Shown in pieces: positions 48,601 through 57,169 of a DNA stretch of 64,000 bases. How positions within the stretch are numbered: the stretch's first letter is position 1; each line of letters begins with the position of its first letter. The stretch lies in the IMG/VR virus record IMGVR_UViG_2974569618_000001, positions 11,930 to 75,929 of that record. One strand, given 5' to 3'. The notes beneath the pieces were generated by a model. The model made no database searches, was not told where the DNA came from, and saw only the letters and a list, made by a program, of their open reading frames with translations. The DNA is from a virus (Duplodnaviria; Heunggongvirae; Uroviricota; Caudoviricetes; Schitoviridae). The position numbers and the translations under genes are program-made.

Positions 48601-49734
48601 TTATCCTCTAATGTGGATGAGATCCCCGAAAGGTACAGTTGCACTTGGGTTTCCGATTGCCACCCAAAGAACCGGAACTGGTTCTGATAGGGGTTCCATA
48701 GGTGCGACTTCGAGATCGGAGAATATGATTGCAGCACTGGGTTTGTGCTGCTCGATGTAATCCCTAACGCAAGTGAGAGACGTACCGCCACGACCAGCGA
48801 TTTTAATTTCATCGAATGGATCTTCCTCAGTCATCTCATAAACTCGCTGGATCACAGTGTCGAACAGCACCAGCGTCATTTTTGCAGGGTTATACATGTC
48901 TTTGACATATTTAACCTCTGAGTTGAATCGTACAGCCTGAGAATGGCTGATGGAGCCAGAACAATCCAGAAAGTAAATGAGATGTTCCAGCCTACCGTCA
49001 TCCTCAAATGTGCTTGGCAGATACAATTCAGTGTATCGCCTGTTGGGTCTGGCCCACGTATAACTGGTATCAAGCTGATCGCTGAACCACTTATGCAGAT
49101 GGACTTCCCACGGTATGACAGGTGCAAGGAACTGTTTGATCATTTCCTCAATATCACCGGGAATAGTTCCGGCTTCACCTGCTATACGGGCCTGATGTTG
49201 TGCCTGAATGGGTATGCCTAATATCTCAGCGGCTGTTGCAGCAGCCTCAAGCATATCATCGTCATCGTCATCACCCCATGAACCACCCCGCATACAGTAT
49301 TCGGGATGATCGACCAACCAATCGTAAATGTCTTCTTCTACCCAGCCGGAAAACCGCTGATCTTTCCACGGATTTGTACCAGCAAAGGTGAATCCAGCAT
49401 CTTCCAGATCGTTGTTGATGCGAATGTCACAAGCCCAGTTCCATTTTTCTGGATCACGTTGCTCACGGCGAATGAGGTGCATACGAGCTATATGCCATAG
49501 CTCGTGAACCAGCACCATTTCTCGTGTTTCAGGTGGAATTTTCAGGAACCAATCTGGATTCCAGAACAGGTTGATACCATCGACAGCAGCAGTCTTTACC
49601 TCCTGTGTCCAGATCATGTTAAGCGAGCACATCACGGAGCCTAAGAAAGCAGCGTTTCTGCCCATGAATACTCGTGCTTTTACACGGTCTAAGTCTCTGG
49701 TCAGTCCCAGAGCATCAAAATCAGCTTCCATCAT
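48601..49734 (-). CDS. von Willebrand factor A (MIDAS) domain protein with an HExxH-like motif
   Basis: MIDAS motif DCSGSIS and VHELWHIARMH. RBS AAGGGG. Confidence 0.55.
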   Translation of the reverse strand: MMEADFDALGLTRDLDRVKARVFMGRNAAFLGSVMCSLNMIWTQEVKTAAVDGINLFWNPDWFLKIPPETREMVLVHELWHIARMHLIRREQRDPEKWNWACDIRINNDLEDAGFTFAGTNPWKDQRFSGWVEEDIYDWLVDHPEYCMRGGSWGDDDDDDMLEAAATAAEILGIPIQAQHQARIAGEAGTIPGDIEEMIKQFLAPVIPWEVHLHKWFSDQLDTSYTWARPNRRYTELYLPSTFEDDGRLEHLIYFLDCSGSISHSQAVRFNSEVKYVKDMYNPAKMTLVLFDTVIQRVYEMTEEDPFDEIKIAGRGGTSLTCVRDYIEQHKPSAAIIFSDLEVAPMEPLSEPVPVLWVAIGNPSATVPFGDLIHIRG

Positions 49735-49745
49735 TTCCCCTTGGA

Positions 49746-50795
49746 TCAGCCGAACAGATAGTTGCTCATCTCTACAGCAGCAGGTGCAAATGCAGGATGC
49801 TGACGCAACTCAGGTTTCTTGGTCATCGTGAACCGATAGAACAGTACACGCATATCCAGTGGCATACGGTTTGCATAGGCACACAGGCTTTCAAAGTTCT
49901 TTTCACTTACGTGTTCGAACATTGAGGACACCATTGCCCAGCGACCATTATTGTCACCCGGAATGCGAGCATTCAGTGGATCTTTCAGTACCTCAGAGAT
50001 AGAAACTAAGTTCTTATACACTTTGGTAAAGTTGATGAAGTCCAGAGCCACACCAGAGGTGATTGTGCCTGCCAGTGCATGAGCTTCTTCGATGATTTCC
50101 TCATCTGTCTGGATCACTTTGACATAGCGACTAAGCATGTACCATGTACGAGGACAGCAGAAAGTGTCTTCGTTGTGATCAGGACGGAAGTCCAGCAGCT
50201 TATTGGGGTAAGCATTCAGGTAAGCCAGCACACGGTGATCGATGTTGTTTGGTAGTGCAAAGTCAGTGAGCCACTGCTCAAAGTCCACAACCATGTGAAG
50301 ATGCATGATACGCGATTGCATCGCAGTACCAATGATGTTCACAATTGCACGGTCAGTGATGTTGTTGCCAGCACAGACAATAACTACCTTTTTGTTCAAA
50401 TGACGTTGACCAGTCATTCGATCCAGAATCAGTTTATAGGCCGCAGCCTGTACTTCTTTTTTCGCTGAGGTGAACTCATCGAGAAACAGCAGCCAGCCCT
50501 CATAACCTTCCGGCACTGGCGTAGTATCCAGTGGGAACAGTTCTTCAAAGGCAGCAAACTCGGCTGTGCCTTCTTTGGTAAAGCGAGGCAGACCAGACAG
50601 ATCTTCTGGTGCTGACGTTGACAGACGGTGGTCAATCAGCTTGAGATTTAACTCTTTGGCGATTGATTTAACGATGTCGGATTTGCCCATACCGGGCGAT
50701 GAACGAATAAAGGGAACAATCCCGGCGAATAGACAGTTGATGACAGTCTTTCTGATCTGCCGTGGTTTGCATTGATAAACAATTGGATCAGCCAT
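49746..50795 (-). CDS. MoxR-like AAA+ ATPase (partner of the vWA protein)
   Basis: Walker A SSPGMGKSD, Walker B LLFLDEF, VIVCAGN sensor. RBS GGAGAG. Confidence 0.55.
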   Translation of the reverse strand: MADPIVYQCKPRQIRKTVINCLFAGIVPFIRSSPGMGKSDIVKSIAKELNLKLIDHRLSTSAPEDLSGLPRFTKEGTAEFAAFEELFPLDTTPVPEGYEGWLLFLDEFTSAKKEVQAAAYKLILDRMTGQRHLNKKVVIVCAGNNITDRAIVNIIGTAMQSRIMHLHMVVDFEQWLTDFALPNNIDHRVLAYLNAYPNKLLDFRPDHNEDTFCCPRTWYMLSRYVKVIQTDEEIIEEAHALAGTITSGVALDFINFTKVYKNLVSISEVLKDPLNARIPGDNNGRWAMVSSMFEHVSEKNFESLCAYANRMPLDMRVLFYRFTMTKKPELRQHPAFAPAAVEMSNYLFG

Positions 50796-50823
50796 TTCTC
50801 TCTCCAGTGAATAGGAACCAGAG

Positions 50824-50852
50824 AAAAAATAAAAAGCCCCAATTAAGGGGCT
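50824..50852 (-). terminator. Rho-independent terminator
   Basis: AGCCCC-aattaa-GGGGCT hairpin followed by TTTTTATTTTTTC on the minus strand. Confidence 0.55.
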
Positions 50853-50857
50853 TACTG

Positions 50858-51067
50858 CTACAGCGTCATGCTACGGGTATAGCCTTTCTTGGATACACCC
50901 ATACGGCAAGGCAGAGGGATATTGCTGTTTTCAGATTGCTTCATCGCTTTAGTGCGATCTTTGGCAAAGCTCACACGCATTGCAGCAACAGCCTGTGACT
51001 CAGACATTTCACCTGATTCCACACGTTCCAGCATACGCTGGCAGTTCAGCAGTAATTCATGCTTCAT
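50858..51067 (-). CDS. Hypothetical small protein (69 aa)
   Basis: RBS AAGAGGAAG. Confidence 0.5.
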   Translation of the reverse strand: MKHELLLNCQRMLERVESGEMSESQAVAAMRVSFAKDRTKAMKQSENSNIPLPCRMGVSKKGYTRSMTL

Positions 51068-51090
51068 TGTTTCTTCCTCTTGGTTCCAAC

Positions 51091-51119
51091 AATTTAAAAA
51101 TCCCCCTCGAAAGGGGGAT
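51091..51119 (-). terminator. Rho-independent terminator
   Basis: ATCCCCC-tcgaaa-GGGGGAT hairpin followed by TTTTTAAATT on the minus strand. Confidence 0.55.
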
Positions 51120-51132
51120 TTCCATTTAGTGC

Positions 51133-52575
51133 TTACGCACCGACTTCGCTGTGAATCTCACGCACCTGAGTGGTCAGGGTGTTCAGATCACCTTTCAGTG
51201 CTTTAGCAACGGCATTGCCGATTACTGCATCGAAAGACGGCTCAACAACTTTACGCTCAGACATGTCAGCCAGCAGCTTAACCTGATCCTGAATGGTCAG
51301 GGCAGCTTCGTAGATTGCATCACCAGTGATGTTTTCCACTTTGGTTCCCGGAGCTTGCAGGCCCAGTTGCACCAGCTTGGCACGCTTAACCACTTCTGCG
51401 ATAACCGCAGGAATGGTGCCTTCCAGCATTTTACCAGCACGGCTCAGATCTTCATCGGCTGCAATGGTAGCTTTACCATACAGACGGATCAGACGCTGTA
51501 CTGCATCGGCATCAGGTGCAGTCACGTTAATGATTGCATCGAGACGGCCCGGACGCAGCATAGCCGGGTTGATGTTTTCCAGATGGTTGGTGGTCAGAAC
51601 GGTGATGATTTTGCTCGATTTGGTGTCGATACCATCGATGATGTTCAGAATGTCATCCATCTCGACAGAACGCTCACCCGTTACAGAACGGTCAATATCT
51701 TCACAGAAGATCACACACGCAGTGCGGTCATACTGCTTGGCAAACTCAATCGCCAGCGCCAGTTCGTCAGAGTGTGGCACGTAGACGTAGGTGATACCTG
51801 CATCAACAGCCAGCTTGGACGCAACAGTTGCAGCCATAGTTTTACCAGTACCGTATGGGCCACCCAGCAGAACACCACGTTTCACCGGAATGTCGTTTGC
51901 AATACAGTCGTTCATACGGCTGATTGGAGTGAACAGGCTGGTTTCGATAGCGGCTTCCACTTCTTTGCTGTAAACCAGCATATCGCGGGAGATGTACGCA
52001 GTATCGAGGAACTTCGGCTCAGGCATATCCAGCACATCGCCGTTGTCGTCGAGGAAACGGATTTTGATCGCTTTACCAGCATAGATGCTGTTTACTTTCA
52101 GGTATTCAGCAACGCCATCCAGCAGCGACTCAATGTTCGCTTCGTCTTTACGCTTCACAGTGCCACGGATCGCAAATGCAATGCGACCGTCTTTACGGCT
52201 TACAGAAGTTTCGATGTAGCCTTTGACGCCCGGCAGTGAGAAACGGCCCCACGGCACACGACGAGTTTCGCCATAACCAACTTCGATGGTCAGCATCTGT
52301 GGTGGAGTATCACCAAAGAAGCCCGGAGTGGATTCGGCAGCAGCCCAGCCAAACTGTTGAGTCAGGCATTCAGCCAGAGCGTTTGCACCGTCGAACGGGA
52401 ACGCATCAAAAGTACGGTTGATCGCAACTTTCTCTTCCAGATAATCACGCTGGCGCTCCAGCAGATCAATGGCAGACTGAACGGACATGCCGTTAGGGAT
52501 CATCAGAGCATCGCTGTGATAACGAATCTCTGCTACTTCAACTTGTTGCTGTGCTTCGGTCAGATTACGTGGCAT
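51133..52575 (-). CDS. Classical AAA+ ATPase (CDC48/FtsH-like module), 480 aa
   Basis: Walker A GGPYGTGKT, Walker B VIFCEDID, second region of homology RPGRLD. Confidence 0.65.
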   Translation of the reverse strand: MPRNLTEAQQQVEVAEIRYHSDALMIPNGMSVQSAIDLLERQRDYLEEKVAINRTFDAFPFDGANALAECLTQQFGWAAAESTPGFFGDTPPQMLTIEVGYGETRRVPWGRFSLPGVKGYIETSVSRKDGRIAFAIRGTVKRKDEANIESLLDGVAEYLKVNSIYAGKAIKIRFLDDNGDVLDMPEPKFLDTAYISRDMLVYSKEVEAAIETSLFTPISRMNDCIANDIPVKRGVLLGGPYGTGKTMAATVASKLAVDAGITYVYVPHSDELALAIEFAKQYDRTACVIFCEDIDRSVTGERSVEMDDILNIIDGIDTKSSKIITVLTTNHLENINPAMLRPGRLDAIINVTAPDADAVQRLIRLYGKATIAADEDLSRAGKMLEGTIPAVIAEVVKRAKLVQLGLQAPGTKVENITGDAIYEAALTIQDQVKLLADMSERKVVEPSFDAVIGNAVAKALKGDLNTLTTQVREIHSEVGA

Positions 52576-52648
52576 TTTCTACTCCAGAAATTTAAGGGTG
52601 TGGTAGCCACCATTGGCTACCAACAGGAATTAAGAACCATGAAAAGAT

Positions 52649-53017
52649 TTACTTTTTCACGGCGTAGGGAATGAATGGTTTTCTTGGTTCCAGCACCTTC
52701 ATCAACTCTTCGGCACTGTCTGCTTCGATACTCTCACCGAGAGCACTCACAATATTTTTCACCATGAGATCCACCTTCTCTTTAACCGTCAGGACAAGAT
52801 TGAAGGGTCGATCCGAGATGACAATACTGAGTAGCAAACCTTGCAGAGATTTGTCTGTGGTACGGTACGCAAGCAATGCTGCACAAGCCCTGAGTGCAGG
52901 ATCAACCTCGCGGTTGTCTATCAGGGCTTGTACTTTAGCCAGTTGCAACGTCACCAGCGCATCAGGCCAGTGACGGTGCTTACTTAGGCAGACAACTTCA
53001 TAAGCCGAGAACTGCAT
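52649..53017 (-). CDS. Hypothetical protein (122 aa)
   Basis: Starts 5 nt after the upstream stop. Confidence 0.45.
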   Translation of the reverse strand: MQFSAYEVVCLSKHRHWPDALVTLQLAKVQALIDNREVDPALRACAALLAYRTTDKSLQGLLLSIVISDRPFNLVLTVKEKVDLMVKNIVSALGESIEADSAEELMKVLEPRKPFIPYAVKK

Positions 53018-53021
53018 AGGC

Positions 53022-53600
53022 TTATTTCAGACGGCTTGCAATTTCTGCTGGATCCATCAGGTAGTCGCCAATTTCGAACAGTTCGTTCACTTCGTCTTTG
53101 GTCAGACGCATACCGTTACCAACATCGGTAACGACACAGTACACAGTACCGTGTTCTTCTTCGTGAACGCAGGTAATGGCAGCATTACCACAGCGACGAC
53201 CGTTTTTGGTCAGCAGTTGAGCGCCAGCAACCAGTTGCAGATCAGAGTTCAGACCAACAGCCCATTCAGGCAGTGGCTGCTCTGGCTCTTTGTTCAGTGG
53301 TTCAACTTCGATAACGTTGCCACACAGTGTGTGTTCAACGTTCAAAGCACGCAGCACGTTAGATACACGCTTGGCCTGCTCTACGTGAGCTTCGGCAGTG
53401 TCATGATGGTCATGGATTTCAATACCATTACCACGCACAGCAGCATCCATCGCAGCCTGAGCTTGTTTCAGAGCCAGTGCGGTAGAGCGACCAGTACCAC
53501 GCAGTTTCTGGCTGGCTTCGCTGTTTTCTTTTGCCTGACGTGCAACATGGCCCAGCACAGCTTCAAGGGCAATCAGACCAAACAGAGCTTGACGATTCAT
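53022..53600 (-). CDS. Hypothetical protein (192 aa)
   Basis: RBS AAGGAAA. Confidence 0.5.
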   Translation of the reverse strand: MNRQALFGLIALEAVLGHVARQAKENSEASQKLRGTGRSTALALKQAQAAMDAAVRGNGIEIHDHHDTAEAHVEQAKRVSNVLRALNVEHTLCGNVIEVEPLNKEPEQPLPEWAVGLNSDLQLVAGAQLLTKNGRRCGNAAITCVHEEEHGTVYCVVTDVGNGMRLTKDEVNELFEIGDYLMDPAEIASRLK

Positions 53601-53947
53601 TACGACTTTTCCTTATGGCGTCTGGCTCGACGCTTTTGGTTGGTTAAATGAGTGACCATTTCCAGATGTTCTGGATTCACGCAATTACGGATATTGCAGA
53701 GATGATCAATTTGTTTCTTGAGTGGGATGTACCCAAAGTAATGGGTATAACTCACCCGATGCACAGCAGAGGTGACGCTGTTGATCGAGATCCGGCCATA
53801 GCCTTTACCTCTGCCAGTGCCAGAAGTCGGGCCTTGCCATAAATGACAAGGCGATGGAACCCCAGATACGCAATAACCAGTGTCTACAATTTTGACCTGT
53901 GCGTAGATGCGGTCGATGATTTCAGTACGGCGATCAGGTGCTTTCAC
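53600..53947 (-). mobile_element. Free-standing HNH homing-endonuclease gene (115 aa, GTG start)
   Basis: Motif HRVSYTHYFGY...IDHLCNIRNCVNPEHLEMVTH (H-N-H with Cys). GTG start preceded by GGAG. Confidence 0.6.
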
Positions 53948-54141
53948 TTGGAGAACTCCACATGTTTATCACCCCCAGAACCCGGAATAACCCGGCACTC
54001 AAAGGTGACATCACGAATGATGAACTTGTGTTCGTTAAAGCAATCATCCCAGATTGCATGTTGAGCATTTTCCCTGCCATTCATGGATCCAACCATGAAG
54101 GCACACACTGCTACCACGATGATTGCTAATAACTCAGACAC
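53944..54141 (-). CDS. Small membrane protein (65 aa, GTG start), tentative
   Basis: N-terminal transmembrane helix LLAIIVVAVCAFMVGS. RBS GAGGT only 4 nt upstream. Confidence 0.35.
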   Translation of the reverse strand: MSELLAIIVVAVCAFMVGSMNGRENAQHAIWDDCFNEHKFIIRDVTFECRVIPGSGGDKHVEFSK

Positions 54142-54889
54142 TCAGACCTCGCATGAAATACATGTGGATCGCTGTATTCAGCAAACGAATACCGATAGGC
54201 GTCTCTTTGTTCTGTTTGATCAGAATTGCAGTGATGCCCTTAACGGCTTCTTTATCCACAGTTTCTGGATAAAGATTTTTGTATTGCATATACAGATCCA
54301 GCTTGGTGATGTGCTTCTTGAGTTCGTCCAGAGGCACTGGTTCCGTGAAAAGAACCAATGGAACACGGCCCAGAAATTCAGTACGCATCCCAGCATCTTT
54401 AAGCTGAGGCAGCGATGTGATTTTCTGATTGCTGTATGCACCACCGAAGATGAACAGGGAGTTATTCACCACCACTGGTTCATACTTACCGTAGTCAGTG
54501 AATACACTGGCATACTTGCTTTCGAGGCAGGTAAGGAACTCATCCTGCACCTGTGAACGAAAGTTTTCTGTCTTCTCACCGTTGGTTTGGAACAGCTTGT
54601 CGAACTCATCGACGAATACGATGTTTGGCATATTCCAGTGCTCACGCAGTGGACGTAATGCCTTTGATAACGAGTTGCCCGACAGACCTTCGGCAGTAAG
54701 CTGTGCAGCATTCATCTCGATGAATGGGATGCCCATCTTCTTGCAAAGTTCTGATACGAGATACGACTTACCGGATCCAGATGGCCCGGTAAGATGGAAG
54801 TGTGGACGGATAGCCGATTCGGACTTTTGGAACACACTCAGGATGTGTTCCATTTGCCCCACGACTTTAAACTGTTGTGGGAATAACAT
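54134..54889 (-). CDS. Small ClpX/HslU-like AAA+ ATPase without an obvious substrate-recognition domain
   Basis: Motifs LTGPSGSGKSY, MNAAQLTAEG and IVFVDEFDK. RBS GAGGT. Confidence 0.55.
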   Translation of the reverse strand: MLFPQQFKVVGQMEHILSVFQKSESAIRPHFHLTGPSGSGKSYLVSELCKKMGIPFIEMNAAQLTAEGLSGNSLSKALRPLREHWNMPNIVFVDEFDKLFQTNGEKTENFRSQVQDEFLTCLESKYASVFTDYGKYEPVVVNNSLFIFGGAYSNQKITSLPQLKDAGMRTEFLGRVPLVLFTEPVPLDELKKHITKLDLYMQYKNLYPETVDKEAVKGITAILIKQNKETPIGIRLLNTAIHMYFMRGLSV

Positions 54890-54920
54890 TTTTTACCTCG
54901 CAGGGGATTAATAAACCATA

Positions 54921-54949
54921 CAAAAAAGACCCCCGAAGGAGTCTTTTTA
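54921..54949. terminator. Bidirectional terminator after the SPFH gene
   Basis: An A-run, then an AAGAC-ccccgaagga-GTCTT hairpin, then TTTTT. Confidence 0.5.
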
Positions 54950-54955
54950 ATCTGA

Positions 54956-55825
54956 TTACTTGACCGAAGGGACACTGACAATTGGAACAGCACTGCCACC
55001 ACCAATGTACTGTGGTGGATTACCAGACCATTTCTCAATGGTGTTCAGTTGCAGAACAGACGGGTTACGCTGAATAGCTGCACCACGCAGATCGATTGCT
55101 TTAGCCTCAGCCGTTGCTTTCACAAGCACAGCATCTGCATCAGCTTGAGCCTGAGCACGTTTCACGTCAGCTTCACCAGCAGCCTGAGCACGAGCCATGT
55201 TTGCCTCTGCTTCACGTTGCAGGATTTCCTGATTACGTTGCAGAGTGGTCTGGTTCGCAGTCACTTTGGCATTGATGGATGCAATGACAGTTGGTGGATA
55301 CTCAGGACGACCCTGATATGACAGGCTCATGATCTGTATGCCGACTGGCCCCATTTCGCTTTGAAGCTGGTGGAGCGATTCGTTGATCATGTCCGTCTTA
55401 CCACCATCAATAAACTTGTCGGTGGACATACGGGAAGCCATAGCGTTCAGCACGTCAGAGATCTTCTGCTTCATATCGCTGTCGGTAATGTCATCCACAC
55501 CTTTACGGTATGTCTGAAACACCGTGCTTACTTTCGTTGGATCAACTTTGTAAGCCAGCCCGATGTGATAGCCAATGGTAGTACCATCGCTCATCTGGAA
55601 GTAGAACGGATCGTCATACGACTTCATCTGTTTGAATGTTGGGAACGTATACAGGTTGGTGTTCCAGCCTGTCCAGTAACGGCCCACGCCCACAACATCA
55701 CCGACACCTTTGTCGCTACCAGTTTTGTTGACCAGAATACCAACTTCGCCGGGTGAGACACGATCACAACCAGTTAATGCCATTGCTCCAACGCACAGCA
55801 TTAAAGCGATCAGTATTTTACGCAT
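54956..55825 (-). CDS. SPFH/band-7 (stomatin/prohibitin-like) lipoprotein
   Basis: ATG at 55825 with RBS AGGAAG. Lipobox MRKILIALMLCVGAMALTGC. The C-terminal Ala/Gln-rich coiled coil is typical of SPFH proteins. Confidence 0.6.
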   Translation of the reverse strand: MRKILIALMLCVGAMALTGCDRVSPGEVGILVNKTGSDKGVGDVVGVGRYWTGWNTNLYTFPTFKQMKSYDDPFYFQMSDGTTIGYHIGLAYKVDPTKVSTVFQTYRKGVDDITDSDMKQKISDVLNAMASRMSTDKFIDGGKTDMINESLHQLQSEMGPVGIQIMSLSYQGRPEYPPTVIASINAKVTANQTTLQRNQEILQREAEANMARAQAAGEADVKRAQAQADADAVLVKATAEAKAIDLRGAAIQRNPSVLQLNTIEKWSGNPPQYIGGGSAVPIVSVPSVK

Positions 55826-56019
55826 TTCTTGAACTTCCTGAATTGACGATAAAAGAGCCAGACACAAATGCCGACCCATACGATTGCCCCAGCAAAGCCG
55901 AGGAACACAGATAACGTGTCGGGTGATGACACTGCTTGTGGCAGAACAAAACCCCAGAGAACCAGCGTGACAATGATTAACACCATTGCCAGAAAATACA
56001 GTTTTAAGAAACTACCCAT
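55810..56019 (-). CDS. Small two-helix membrane protein (69 aa), co-transcribed with the SPFH gene
   Basis: The track start is a GTG inside a terminator stem. ATG at 56019. Two hydrophobic helices. Overlaps the SPFH start by 16 nt. Confidence 0.45.
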   Translation of the reverse strand: MGSFLKLYFLAMVLIIVTLVLWGFVLPQAVSSPDTLSVFLGFAGAIVWVGICVWLFYRQFRKFKKCVKY

Positions 56020-56035
56020 GTCTATCCGTACTCCC

Positions 56036-56064
56036 AATAAAAAGCCCACTACTCAGAGTGGGCT
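56036..56064 (-). terminator. Rho-independent terminator
   Basis: AGCCCACT-actcag-AGTGGGCT hairpin followed by TTTTTATTGG on the minus strand. Confidence 0.55.
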
Positions 56065-56091
56065 TACAGGTTAATCATTTCAAAGAACGAA

Positions 56092-56625
56092 TTACGATTT
56101 GCTGATTGGACGCACTTGGATCTGCATCGTCTTGGTGACGTTGCCAGATGCATCAGTTGCAGTTGCCACAGCATCACCGGAAGTCAGACCTTTGATGACA
56201 GCAGAGTTGCTGCCATTAGCAGTCACAGTTGCGACAGCAGGCTTATCAACAGTCCACTTAACGGCTTTGTTGGTTGCACTCTCTGGGTAGGCAATTGCCT
56301 GCACAGTACGAGTATCACCGACAATCAGAGCCACATAGGTTGGGTTGATAGTCAGGTAAGCCACAGGCACCGATACGCTGGACTGGATTTTAATTTTGTC
56401 CATGTTGGTGATGTTCTCAGGGAACATTGCTTTCTTGCTTGGATCCTTCGCAGAAGTTTTATAAAGCAAGTCACGCACACCGTGGAAGATAACGGTTGAG
56501 TCTGGGTAGTTCACGTCTGGATGGACGAATGAACCAATAGCAGTGAACCCGGTATCCACAGCAGCAGCAGCTTTAACAGCAGCTACTTTAGTGGTTGGGT
56601 TATATGACACGTACAGAGTAGGCAT
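56092..56625 (-). CDS. Ig-like (BIG2) domain protein, probable capsid decoration protein (N4 gp17-like)
   Basis: C-terminal VTANGSNSAVIKGLTSGDAVATATDASGNVTKTMQIQV is Big_2-like. Lies just downstream of the RNAPII genes, as N4 gp17 does. Confidence 0.5.
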   Translation of the reverse strand: MPTLYVSYNPTTKVAAVKAAAAVDTGFTAIGSFVHPDVNYPDSTVIFHGVRDLLYKTSAKDPSKKAMFPENITNMDKIKIQSSVSVPVAYLTINPTYVALIVGDTRTVQAIAYPESATNKAVKWTVDKPAVATVTANGSNSAVIKGLTSGDAVATATDASGNVTKTMQIQVRPISKS

Positions 56626-56635
56626 ATCGATTCCT

Positions 56636-56667
56636 CAAATAAAAATGGACACCGGTTAAGGTGTCCA
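56636..56667 (-). terminator. Rho-independent terminator
   Basis: TGGACACC-ggttaa-GGTGTCCA hairpin followed by TTTTTATTTG on the minus strand. Confidence 0.55.
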
Positions 56668-56683
56668 TATTATGCCGTATTAA

Positions 56684-57088
56684 TTAGGCTTCGTCTTTGT
56701 GTTCATCTTCGACTTGCTCTACCTGACCATCGTCGTGACGTTCCACTTGTTCTGGTTCCTGTTTAACAGGTTCCACAACTTCCTGTTCCTCTTTCAGATC
56801 AGGTTGGTTTAACACGTCAGCTTCATGCTGAGATGACAGGTCTGGATCATCAGCCAGTGCTTGTCCGATTTGAGAGAAGTATTCACGAGCTTTGTCGCTG
56901 TACTTAACAGCAACATCATCTGCATCAACGTTGTAACGCTGACGCAGTTGCTCACGAATAGCAAGCTGGTGGACACCAGTTGCAGTACGGCCCAGTTCTA
57001 CATAGCCCTCTGGCAGTTCTTCATCAGTGGTCTGAACCAGAACAGCTTCATCAGAAGTAGACAGAGACAGCTTAACGATATGAGTCAT
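56684..57088 (-). CDS. Acidic hypothetical protein (134 aa)
   Basis: RBS AAGGAAA. Glu/Asp-rich C-terminus. Confidence 0.5.
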   Translation of the reverse strand: MTHIVKLSLSTSDEAVLVQTTDEELPEGYVELGRTATGVHQLAIREQLRQRYNVDADDVAVKYSDKAREYFSQIGQALADDPDLSSQHEADVLNQPDLKEEQEVVEPVKQEPEQVERHDDGQVEQVEDEHKDEA

Positions 57089-57133
57089 GATGTTTCCTTA
57101 ACATGAGTGAATGACCTATGCATTATTGCACGT

Positions 57134-57164
57134 AAAAAATAAAAGGCTCACCCGAAGGTGAGCC
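57134..57164 (-). terminator. Rho-independent terminator after the RNAPII genes
   Basis: GGCTCACC-cgaa-GGTGAGCC hairpin followed by TTTTATTTTTT on the minus strand. Confidence 0.6.
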
Positions 57165-57169
57165 GATTA

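Noticed and set aside
51151-52239. 362-aa plus-strand ORF antisense to the AAA+ ATPase gene
   Set aside because: It is antisense to a gene with clear Walker A/B and RPGRLD motifs. It has no RBS. Long antisense ORFs are common opposite GC-balanced genes.
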